Of a stretch of 37,563 bases of DNA, positions 1 to 10,135 are shown one piece after another (positions within the stretch are counted from its first letter, which is position 1; each line of letters starts with the position of its first letter). The stretch is taken from positions 1 to 37,563 of the forward strand of contig JBHJMP010000953.1 in NCBI GenBank assembly GCA_043381765.1. Reading direction: 5' to 3'. Both the position numbers and the translations under genes were made by a program. The notes beneath the pieces are model-generated. The model ran no database searches, had not been told where the DNA came from, and saw only the letters and a program-made list of their open reading frames with translations. This DNA is from Collodictyon triciliatum (taxonomy: Eukaryota).

Positions 1-93
<93 letters not shown>
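1..93. repeat. (AAT)n microsatellite at window start
   Basis: Perfect AAT repeat, 31 units. Confidence 0.98.
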
Positions 94-94
<1 letters not shown>

Positions 95-448
95 GGTTTT
101 TAACGAATTTAAAATACATTCCTTTTAAGTGGAGAATTTGTCACTGTATAATCTTATATTGATTCAGAATGCGATTCTGCTTTTTTTTTCATTTTTCTTT
201 CAATTTTGTATTTCTGTACCTTTAATTAAAATAGGCTCTGAGGCATAAAAGCATTTGAAAAACACAAAATTCAGAATAATATGGAATATTTTAATTGGCT
301 ATGTTTTCCTTGGTAAAGCTTGCCCGAATAAATGAAGGAGAGTTGCATGAAGGGCCAGGTCGTATCTTTTATTCATATGTGTTTGTGAGTTATTTTATCT
401 GGTGGCTATTGCTGTGAAAAGTAATTTGTTTTCAATCAAGCCTCCTGA

Positions 449-2178
449 ACCCGGTGGAAAAAACAAATAACCCCGTCAAAAGCTTTGCAAGGCAGCAGTT
501 CTTCTGGTTCCAACGCTGGCGCGGAAAAACCCCGAGTTGCACGTAAGCCCAGGAAGATCTATGCAAGGAAGCCGCTTGCAAGTCTGTCAAATCGGACAGT
601 ATTTTTGCACGGGGTCGAGCAAATCGTTTACAACAAGAACAAGGCCCGCAGGCTCACTGGTGCACTCGCCTCCTTCTTGAAAGCGGACAAACTTTGGGAA
701 GAGTCCATCCAATTGCGCTTACCGGACAGCAAAGACTTTTGTTTCATCGCCTTCCGCGCTGCAGAAAACGCCCGAAAGCTTCTGGAGCTGAAGAAGGTAA
801 TTTTGATCGATATTACGATCAGCTTCAGCAGAAGTAAACCAAGAGACCTCTGTGATGCTCTACCAACTACCGCTGGACGTGTGGCCGCAACTTATTCGTG
901 AGGAGCTGAAGCCGTTCAGACCGACCCACGTGGACATCAAACAGGACAAAGGCTTCTTCACAGACACGGCCATAGTGAAGCTTCTTTGTCACAAGAACCA
1001 GCTCTCTGAAAAGTTTACGGTCATGGGCAAAAAGTGTCCAAAGCGCATCCTCAAAGAGCGTCCGCCAGCCGCGAACAACGAGCGACAAGTAAAAGGCCCG
1101 CAAAAGATTACACCCGCCAAGCAGACAAGCAGCAACGGGGTCAAGGAAGCCAAGGCCAGGCAACAACAGAGTCCGCATGACTCACAGCAGATACGCGCAT
1201 ACAGCGACAGCGACGATGACATGGAAGGAAATCTCGGTTCCTCTTCAGAATCCTCGCACTCGAGCCCCAACACCGCCAATACTGGACAAGCCCACACATC
1301 GCAAGACCCAAGAGCAGCGCATCTCCAAAACCTGAAAGAAATCTCCCCTTAAACTACCCATTCAGACTGACGTGAATATGGTTAACATAGAAGGCCTCAA
1401 GGCGGTCTTCGTTACTTATCCGAAAGGATACTCCAAAGCGAAGGCAACACAAGAACCAGCGCCCACCAAAGATAGTCCGTTTATCCTGCCCCAACCCATC
1501 GCACCGAGAACCAAGGAGCAAGAGCAAACAGCACAAGTCGAATACAAGATTGGAACTCCACAGACCAAAGATAATTCGAGCAAGCAGGAGCATATGTTTC
1601 TAAAACCACAAACGCATATCCATACTCCGGTTAAGCAAAGTCCACTGCCAGCTACGCATGGTTCTGAAAACCAGGGGACGGTCAAGTGCCACTTCCGATA
1701 ATTCCAGACAATAAACGATGTATCGCTTTATGTCTGAGTCACCCAGCAAGAAACGCAAGGAAAGTAACCCGTTGTCCTTTCAAAAGACTCACGCTATGGA
1801 ATGAAAAAGGATGTAAATCTTGTCTGAGATAGATTGTCGAAAGGACTCGTCGGAATCGATTTTCGAAGTAACTGTCATGTGCGTACTTTCATCGACCCGA
1901 CAACTTCATCCGCTCTTCTGTCAGTCTCGAATACAACCAGAAATCGCGTTGTATTTGAAACCACTTTGGGTAGAATAGTCTGTGTGTGAGAACACTTTCT
2001 CTTCTTCCTTCCTTGGTTTTTTCTTTTCTTCTTCCAAAACAAAAACGCAACCACACAACCACACAATCCGGGGGTTTCCACTATCTTTTCCACAGCTCAT
2101 ATTTATCTAAGAGGCGAGGGCGGTTTCCTCAGCTTTTTTTTTCTCTTAATAAACTGTTGAAATGTAACAAAAAAAAAA
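449..2178 (+). mobile_element. Degenerate, internally deleted non-LTR retrotransposon-like copy (ORF1-like region, 3' UTR, poly-A)
   Basis: GC-richer island with three successive ORFs in different frames (485-901, 852-1352, 1372-1701) and no upstream ATG. RRM-like motifs are TVFLHGV (RNP2-like) and KDFCFIAF (RNP1-like), followed after a frameshift by MLYQLPLDVWPQLIREELKPF. The island ends with AATAAA at 2148-2153 and A10 at 2169-2178. No RT or endonuclease is visible. Confidence 0.45.
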
Positions 2179-2412
2179 GTACAGATCACGGTAAGTAGTA
2201 GCCAAAATTATGAAAACACTGTCCCTCTTCCTCTCTATAAATGTTTCTTTAAAAACCCTTCTATGTTTAAAGTTTTTTTTCTTATTTTTTCTTGCAAAAT
2301 TTTATTGGGTGACATTATCTTGATGGGATAAAGCCTTGAGGAGTTTCTTAATTTTGGTAATTTTTGAAAACAACAAATGTAAATTGAAGCATAGGGCTGG
2401 CTTCGACGAAAA

Positions 2413-5400
2413 TTAAATGGATAATGTATCGGTGCTTTGCTGGTACCCATCTTGAGCTTTTTCTTCTTCGTTCGTTTTAGGCCCATATAATCGCTCTATG
2501 AGATGTCGATAAATCTGATTCAAATCAACCAAAGCGCACAAAAAATTAACAACAGAAACAACCTTATCTAAAGCCATTTTCAAAACAACAGGCCCTGCCT
2601 TTGAAAAGAAAAGAATAGCTATTCCTCCATTAAGCAAGATTACCAAAACCATCAATATCAATTCTTCTGTCGGATTTAAATTTCGGTATCGGAAGAGAAG
2701 GCTCAGCATTAAGGTAAAGTAGAGAACCATCAATGATTGAATTTGGGATTTTTTCAAAACATTAGATATGAATGGCTGGAAATATATTGTCGAAGCCATC
2801 ATAAGAAATATCAACCACAACCCGAAGTAAATCTGCAAGGAGGCAGAAAAGAATGCAGTAATCATGACTATGACTATCTTTTGCATCATCATAACAACTT
2901 CCCAGTACATACATTTTTCATTGTATCCATCAACCAAGAATCTTAAAAGAGAATACACTCTTGAAGTCGGGTCTTTCAATGAGCTCCTATTTCGAATTAT
3001 CACTGCTAATATAATCAAAGGTCCTCCAAAACAATATAAAAATAAAAAGAGTAAGGAAATGTTTTTCCAAGCTGAATATTTTGCACCATCACAAACTATA
3101 GACATGTCTGCCCTCAAATATTCAACATCACCTAGTGGTTCGCAGGAAAATATCTGAGATACGCCCGATGTAATTGAAGGATGCACAAAAAATAGAATGA
3201 CCAGCATGGAATACATGACCTCGTTTTGTATATTCTCTGGGGTAAATAACGTACTTGTGGCATTATTTTTGATAATTGCCCACAGTTTCTTAATAATAAT
3301 TATGAATATGACGACCCCGATCAAAAAAATTGGAGTTATCATCGAGTAGAGTACTTTTTCGTATGTGGTCATTTCGAATTGACATTCCATGGGATAGCTA
3401 TCCACCGAAAGAGAAAATGAAAACACTGCAGGAATTTTCATAACCGACACAATAGCTGAGTTCCAATTTACATCAAAGTTGGCCAAATATGACAAAACTT
3501 GGTAATGTGTGGAAAGAGACTTTAGAATTTGAATATTTCCTGTTTTTGTTTGCCGAGATTGCTCTATCATAAAGTAAACAAAAGTAAGCGGAAAAGCGAT
3601 GCTTAGAAAAACCAGAAAACCGTTTGAATCTTTTGATAAACATTTAAGACAAAAGTGGCCCGATTTTCCATATCCTTTTTGGCAAACACTACATAGGGCA
3701 CCAGTGTAGCCTTTAGCGCAAGTGTTATTTCCGCCATCACAGGCAATATGATTGGGACATTTATATGCTATATATTCTCCATCGGGACTCGGAGCTTTCC
3801 AGTATCCCGCAGCAACATTGAGTTGGTTATTTCCATAACATATGAATCCTATTGGACAGCTCTGGCACTGCTTTTTTAATGAGTCCATATAACCTTTGGG
3901 TGCACAGTTGCAGTGATCGATCGAAATTGCACCAGTTATATTTGTGTATGAAGTAGGAGGACATTCATTGCAAAAATTTTGTCCATAGTTTTCATTATAG
4001 GTGTTTGGCGAACAAGGATAACACTCATCTTGCTTGCGGTACCAACCAGGCTTACACTCACATGTAGAGTTTTCTATTAGTTCAAATCCATCCTTACATA
4101 TACAATCATCTGAACCCATCGAGCCATTATTCTTGGTTGTAAATTTGCTTGCACAAGGTAAACACAAATTTGTATCGCTTGTTGACTTGTACGAACCAAC
4201 TTTGCAAAAAACACACGATCCACTATATTCGTATTTACCAGGGGGGCAAGTGCAAGAACCAAAAATATTTTCATAGCTCTTAATACAACTACAATTATTA
4301 ATCGATATAGAACCTTCTCCTGATGTTGTTGAGCGTGTAGGGCATACATTACATATTGAACTCCTCTCCAGACTAAAGCTCCCGACCGGACAAATGTAGC
4401 AAGATGCTATATCAAATGAACCAGTTTTGTTATTGAAAGTTCCTGCTGGACATGGAGAACATGACGCTTGACCATCTTTGTCACTCCAAGTCCCTTTTGG
4501 GCATTCTGAGCATGACCAATTTCCAAATGAACCAAAATTAGAGTTGAAATGTCCTTTTGGGCAGGCATGACAAGAACGAGAATCTCTCTCAATGGTTGGT
4601 TCTTGATAATATCCAGGTGAGCACGAAGTACAAAAAGAGCTCCTTTCAGAAGAATATGTACCTTCAGAACATGGCATGCAAGACGAATTTCCAAATGAGC
4701 CTGTTTTATTATTGTATGTCCCCGCCGGACATGAGATACATGCGTTCCTGTAATTGTTTCCGTATGTTCCCTGGGGACACTTAGTACAATAAGTACTGCT
4801 GCTTGCACCAAATATTGGGTTCTGTGTTCCATCAGTACATTTCTTGCATTGGTAAAGTCCTTCTTCGTCACTGTATGTTCCTGGTTTGCACAACGCGCAT
4901 TCAATGGACCCCGTCTGATTCGAGAATGTTCCTTTTTCACACGGAACGCAATCGATTATATTTCGAGAAGGTGATTTTATGTTATATGTCCCAGCAGAAC
5001 ATACTTGACAGGTAGTGGATTTCGTGGAATTCGAAAAAGTACCAGGAGGACACGGATAACAGAATTTTGCTTGATAATCATTCATAAAAAATCCAGTTTC
5101 GCATAAAATGCAGCTTGATTGTCCTGATGAGGGATTATAAGTCCCAGGTTCACATGGAACACAGTATTGATGACTTTTTGCACCAAAATATGGGTTGAAG
5201 GTACCCGAATCACAAAGAGAGCAAATAGATTGACCTGATTCTGAATTGTAAGTTCCAGAGGGACATAAAAGACAAGAGATATTACTGGGAGACCCTTGAG
5301 AAGGATTGTATGTTCCTGGTGGGCATAAAGAGCATGACAAAGTGTCTCCGTGACTAAAAGTACCAGTTGGGCACATTCGACAAATTTTTATTTCTGTGTC

Positions 5401-6453
5401 ATAATAGAATCCGGCTGGACAAAGAGTCCAAAGTTTTAGTGTCCAATCTAAGCCTCCAGATATGATTTTAGAACCATCCGGGGTAGCTGTAACAGAGTTA
5501 ATACCAGAGGAGTGACCAGTAAGGGTTCGGAAAAGTAGTCCATCAAAGATATTCCATACTTTGACGGTACTATCACCGCTTCCAGAAATGATTTTAGAAC
5601 CATCAGGAGAAACAGAAACGCTGTAAACACCATTTGAATGTCCTATTAAGGTTAGTCGCAGTGATCCATCAGATATATTCCAAATTTTAATTGTTGAGTC
5701 AAGAGAGCCAGATACAATATTCATGTCATCGGGAGTCACCGCAACACATCTAATTGGCCAAATATGACCTACTATGGTTAGAACCAGGGTTCCGTCTGAG
5801 CGATTCCATACCCTTATTGTTTTGTCATTTCCTCCGGATATAATTTTTGAGTTATCACGGGTGATAGCGACACACCAAACGTAGCTATCATGTCCGGTCA
5901 ATGTGCGAATTAAAGACCCTGATAAAGAACTCCAAATTTTAATATTCGTATCCCAACCCCCTGATATAATCTGTGTATCATCATAAGAAAATGTGACACC
6001 ATAAGCAGCAGTGGTATGACCTGTCAGCGTGTTTAGTAGGGTTCCATCTGTTAAATTCCAAGTCTTTATGGTTCGGTCCCAATAGTCCCATCCGCCAGAG
6101 ACAATTATTGAATCGTCATGACTAATTGCAAGACTGTATATTTCCCGAGTATGTCCCAAGAGCGTTCGCATGACGGTGCCCGTATAAAAGTCCCAAATTT
6201 TGATAGTCTTGTCATTTCCACCAGAGACAATCCTTGAGCCGTCATTAGTAATAGAAACACAATAAATGGAATCGGTATGACCCTTGTATGTTAGCATCAG
6301 GTAATCTTGCCCTTTAGCATAGTGAATTTGAACATTGATTACTAACCCTAGACACGAATATTTGTTAGAAAATGTTTTTAAAAAATACATCAAATGAATA
6401 GTAATACCCAAGATTAGTATAGAAAAAACAAGTTTCCATGAACCGGATGTCAT
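2413..6453 (-). CDS. Secretory-pathway receptor-like protein: signal peptide + 7 WD40 repeats + Cys-rich (GCC2/GCC3, ephrin-receptor-like CxxGxY) stalk + ~9-TM C-terminal domain. Probable 60-nt intron at 6348-6407.
   Basis: 1346-aa ORF. Seven canonical GH...W(D/N) repeats lie at ~5422-6300. More than 25 CxxG(T/F)(Y/F)-type units lie at ~3640-5421, ending in CAKGYTGALCSVCQKGY. Hydrophobic helices with YWEVV and QPF motifs lie at ~2590-3620. The stop is TAA. Confidence 0.92.
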   Translation of the reverse strand: MTSGSWKLVFSILILGITIHLMYFLKTFSNKYSCLGLVINVQIHYAKGQDYLMLTYKGHTDSIYCVSITNDGSRIVSGGNDKTIKIWDFYTGTVMRTLLGHTREIYSLAISHDDSIIVSGGWDYWDRTIKTWNLTDGTLLNTLTGHTTAAYGVTFSYDDTQIISGGWDTNIKIWSSLSGSLIRTLTGHDSYVWCVAITRDNSKIISGGNDKTIRVWNRSDGTLVLTIVGHIWPIRCVAVTPDDMNIVSGSLDSTIKIWNISDGSLRLTLIGHSNGVYSVSVSPDGSKIISGSGDSTVKVWNIFDGLLFRTLTGHSSGINSVTATPDGSKIISGGLDWTLKLWTLCPAGFYYDTEIKICRMCPTGTFSHGDTLSCSLCPPGTYNPSQGSPSNISCLLCPSGTYNSESGQSICSLCDSGTFNPYFGAKSHQYCVPCEPGTYNPSSGQSSCILCETGFFMNDYQAKFCYPCPPGTFSNSTKSTTCQVCSAGTYNIKSPSRNIIDCVPCEKGTFSNQTGSIECALCKPGTYSDEEGLYQCKKCTDGTQNPIFGASSSTYCTKCPQGTYGNNYRNACISCPAGTYNNKTGSFGNSSCMPCSEGTYSSERSSFCTSCSPGYYQEPTIERDSRSCHACPKGHFNSNFGSFGNWSCSECPKGTWSDKDGQASCSPCPAGTFNNKTGSFDIASCYICPVGSFSLERSSICNVCPTRSTTSGEGSISINNCSCIKSYENIFGSCTCPPGKYEYSGSCVFCKVGSYKSTSDTNLCLPCASKFTTKNNGSMGSDDCICKDGFELIENSTCECKPGWYRKQDECYPCSPNTYNENYGQNFCNECPPTSYTNITGAISIDHCNCAPKGYMDSLKKQCQSCPIGFICYGNNQLNVAAGYWKAPSPDGEYIAYKCPNHIACDGGNNTCAKGYTGALCSVCQKGYGKSGHFCLKCLSKDSNGFLVFLSIAFPLTFVYFMIEQSRQTKTGNIQILKSLSTHYQVLSYLANFDVNWNSAIVSVMKIPAVFSFSLSVDSYPMECQFEMTTYEKVLYSMITPIFLIGVVIFIIIIKKLWAIIKNNATSTLFTPENIQNEVMYSMLVILFFVHPSITSGVSQIFSCEPLGDVEYLRADMSIVCDGAKYSAWKNISLLFLFLYCFGGPLIILAVIIRNRSSLKDPTSRVYSLLRFLVDGYNEKCMYWEVVMMMQKIVIVMITAFFSASLQIYFGLWLIFLMMASTIYFQPFISNVLKKSQIQSLMVLYFTLMLSLLFRYRNLNPTEELILMVLVILLNGGIAILFFSKAGPVVLKMALDKVVSVVNFLCALVDLNQIYRHLIERLYGPKTNEEEKAQDGYQQSTDTLSI
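6348..6407 (-). other. 60-nt in-frame GT-AG intron inside the signal peptide
   Basis: TTG G|GTATTACT...TTTTCTAACAAATATTCGTGTCTAG|GG TTA, with a CTAAC branch point. Splicing gives MTSGSWKLVFSILILGLVINVQIHYAKG/QD, a clean signal peptide. Confidence 0.7.
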
Positions 6454-8377
6454 CCTAGTTAGGCTGTTATTTTCTTGGAAATGTTAGAAAAAAGGTTCCT
6501 TGATTAACGATTCATTTAAAATAAAAGAACTATTTCATGTAATCTGTTCTTTTGATTTCAAAAATTATTGATGTCATATGAACCAAAAGGTAAGTAGTTT
6601 ATTTAATTTTTAATAAGATGTACTGGAGGTGTTGTAAGTCATTCTACTAGTTTATTTTAATCGAAAGACTATCAGGGGGTGTTTTCATGGAATGATGATT
6701 TTTCAGAATTGCCAAAAAAGTCATTCATACGATTATGAAAATGTAAAAAATTAGTAGGGAGGGAAAGTTGCGTGTTTAGGTTGCACAGAATTATTGATGA
6801 CAAATGATAAATGAGACGATTATTTGAAAAACGATCAGTGTAGGCACAAAAATACTGAATACACCAGATTGGATGAGCCCAATATTAAAAATACAGTAGC
6901 ATGAAGTCATGTTTTGTAAAAATGGCATTGAGTCTAATAAGTGGCAAAAAAAGAGAACTTTCAAAAGTTCATTAATATCAAAGTTATATAAATTTGTGAC
7001 GAAATATACTGAGATATGAGAAAATTATTAAATCAGATATTTGTACACATAAACTAGAAAGAACTTATATTCTCAACTTTTTTACCTTTATTCGATTCAA
7101 AGTTACATTTTAAGATCATTTAATTTGATGTTACTTTATTTTAATAGAATTTCATGAATATAGATGCAAAAAAGTTATGCGATAAAATTTTAAATACATC
7201 AGTAATGTTGTGGTATTATCATCTACATAAAATACAGATGACAATTACGCTAATGTTACTTTAATGAAATTTTATCATCGTTTCTAATGTAAAAGCAAAA
7301 AAATAATAATTAATTTAAATATATAAACATTTGAGTCCTTACAATAAAAGCAGTATCTATCAAAATTCTGTAAAACGGAGATGTATCATTTGTGTATATT
7401 TAATTTTGAAGAAAAAAAGATAAATTCATTTATTAGAAGGTCATGAATCTTATTCAAAGCTACTGAAATATGATGCATATCCCTCTAAAAATATTTATGG
7501 TAGGAAAAGAAACAATGCGTAAAAAATTGTCCGATATGTTCTGTTGAAAAGATTACATGAACCCTATTAGAGGAGGAATTAAAATCATAATAATTTTATC
7601 GATAAGATAAATTTACCTGCTATCCTTCCGTATTCCGATGCAAACCACATTCGAGAAAAATAGTATGATTTAAAAAAAAGCCTGCTATTATAAATGCCAT
7701 GAATTTAAGTCTTTACACTTATCATGTTTTTTTCTCATTTCTATTATATTATCTGATTATGACAGACAAACGCCTAGGCTCAATATGAAATTTCTACCAG
7801 TGTCTTTGATATCACCTTCTTGTATTGATTAAAAATAAAATTTCCTTTGCTTTCTTTTTATCCGTGAACTATAGATATAAAAATAAAAATTAAAAGTCCT
7901 CAGTATTATAGAAAAATTAATATCTGTAATGATGACCAATTAGGAGAATGAGAATAAGTGCTATAATATAAATGCTTCAAATCAAAGAATTTTTTGTTAA
8001 TTAAAAAAAGTATGTTCTTAATACTTCAATAATTTCAAAAATTCATATGTATCTTATCCGTTGCGAGTTTCATCTGATTTAATTGAAACATATTCTTTAA
8101 GGGTGAACATAATGTAACAAAAATATAGCTAGAAATAAAATACCATCCAAAATTAAAATTAAAATACTCCCACACTGTAAGAGCCTTTTGATAGTATATT
8201 TATCTGATGATAAGTTTTGAATTTTTTGTGGTGAAAGAAAAACGTTCATATACAAAAATCAATGATATAAAAAAAAAACTCACTACAATTACTAAGCTGG
8301 TGGACAATGCTCTCTTCGAGGTCACTCAGCGTGTTTACATCGTGCTGTTGCATTTGCTGCTTCCTTTTTCACCTGAA

Positions 8378-8750
8378 NNNNNNNNNNNNNNNNNNNNNNN
8401 NNNNNNNNNNNNNNNNNNNNNNNNNNNNNNNNNNNNNNNNNNNNNNNNNNNNNNNNNNNNNNNNNNNNNNNNNNNNNNNNNNNNNNNNNNNNNNNNNNNN
8501 NNNNNNNNNNNNNNNNNNNNNNNNNNNNNNNNNNNNNNNNNNNNNNNNNNNNNNNNNNNNNNNNNNNNNNNNNNNNNNNNNNNNNNNNNNNNNNNNNNNN
8601 NNNNNNNNNNNNNNNNNNNNNNNNNNNNNNNNNNNNNNNNNNNNNNNNNNNNNNNNNNNNNNNNNNNNNNNNNNNNNNNNNNNNNNNNNNNNNNNNNNNN
8701 NNNNNNNNNNNNNNNNNNNNNNNNNNNNNNNNNNNNNNNNNNNNNNNNNN
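8378..8750. other. Assembly gap (N run)
   Basis: Run of N. Confidence 1.
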
Positions 8751-9429
8751 GTAATTGCAAGAACCGAGGGAAATGCCCGCTTTCAAAGAGCAAGTGTCTT
8801 TCATTTTTTAGCCTTTGGCCGCCTTGTCACCAAGGACAACAAACTCACCTATGGGTTGGCATACCATAGTCAAAGGGTATTTGTGGAGCGAGCTAAATAT
8901 GGCATGAACGCTCTTGCTGATTTGCCCACAATTTTTTTTTTTATTCACGACAGACTTAGCTGTTGGCGCCCATGCCAACAATCTTTTTTTCAACCACCAA
9001 GCAGGTATTCCGAGGTAAAAAAGGGAAAAGTGATGGCGGATGTGCCATCAGAGGAGTATGGAGATGGGGAAAAGATAAAGGAAGAAAAGATGATGAAGAG
9101 GAATAGGAAAGGAAGTAATGACCCTGGGGCTTGATAAGAGGCCTTTTCTCTGGATTGTTAACAATATTAGCAAAGATATTGTAACTGTTAAATTTGTCTT
9201 GCGCACATTCACCCATCCATAATATACTAGCACACTTCGTTCTTTTGCATACGTTCAATATTTTATTTTGAGTAGGATTAATCGTCAAGCACCAGTCCTC
9301 TGGCACGCATACTTGTATTGAGCAGGACGTCTGTTTACCTTGTTTTCAGCCTCATATGATTGATTCGACATGATGATGAAATTTATTTACCACTCCTGCT
9401 ACGTTATCCATTTAATCGTGTTTTTAAGT

Positions 9430-10135
9430 TTTCCACATTTAAGAACTGAAAAGGTGCGCATGGTAGAGAGCAAATGCGAGTGAGGGAAGACACTACCGTG
9501 GAGAGGGTAGCACTGGAGAGAAATCAGTGGTAGCGAGTTGGTCGGATGGGCATCCCAACTGGTTGATTGGCTGTGTGGGTAGCAGGGGTTGGATATGCTG
9601 TGGGAGTTATCTTACAACACATTCCCACGTCTCTCTTCATTTGGGGTCAGAGTGGCGAAGAATGCGGGCGTATTTCAGCAAGCTGTTCAGGAAGCTGTAT
9701 TGCACGAGGCTTTCAAGCATGGATACATTGATTTCTCGTTCGGGTGAATGATTGGAGCGAGAGAATGCGCGCACACTCCATAAGGACCACAGCATATGTC
9801 CCCTTGTGACTGTCCAGGGTATTCCAGAGTCGTGGGTCATTTGGTATTGTGGGCCAAACAGGATGTCTGACGCGCTGAGTTGGTTGGGAGGATAATCAAG
9901 CTCAGAGAGTATCTTGTGGGTAGACTCTGTCACTTTTTGAGCCAGAGAGCACTTCACAAATGTGTGTTCGATAGAGTCATCTCCACTATGGCACATGGTG
10001 CATTCCGGAGAGGTCGTTTCTGCATGGACTACACTCGCACATATCCACAGTTCTCTGTTGGATATAATAAGCAGTAGGACGCAGTGTTTCGGGAGTAGCT
10101 GAGTTATGCGGGCTTGCTACTGTTCAATTTTTTGA
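9430..10135 (-). mobile_element. 5'-truncated LINE (non-LTR retrotransposon) fragment: ORF2 C-terminal zf-RVT zinc-binding domain plus 3' UTR
   Basis: The minus frame reads LLPKH...ISNRELW...SPECTMCHSGDDSIEHTFVKC...HMLWSLWSVR, i.e. the CxxC...E/S..H...C and WxxWxxR signature of L1/Tx1-type ORF2 ends. It is bounded by in-frame stops at 10117-10119 and 9637-9639. A C-rich putative 3' UTR follows. Outer boundaries are approximate. Confidence 0.8.

Noticed and set aside
1-93. Telomeric repeat at the window start (and TG at the end)
   Set aside because: The same (AAT)n occurs internally (20469, 25914). These are microsatellites where the assembly breaks, and the dynein gene continues past the right end.
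6454-8240. Hidden gene or RNA in the long AT-rich spacer upstream of the WD40 receptor
   Set aside because: No ORF, tRNA-like fold, terminal repeats or phase-consistent exon chain could be found by eye.
8207-9134. ORFs spanning the N run (also 29625-30374 and the 3' part of 29584-30387)
   Set aside because: They are open only because Ns and simple repeats contain no stops.
9637-9639. Stop-codon reassignment (TGA/TAG = Trp) suggested by the LINE frame
   Set aside because: Host gene models end in TAA, TAG and TGA, and the 4.9-kb dynein exon has no in-frame stops and uses TGG for Trp. Decay of a dead element is simpler.
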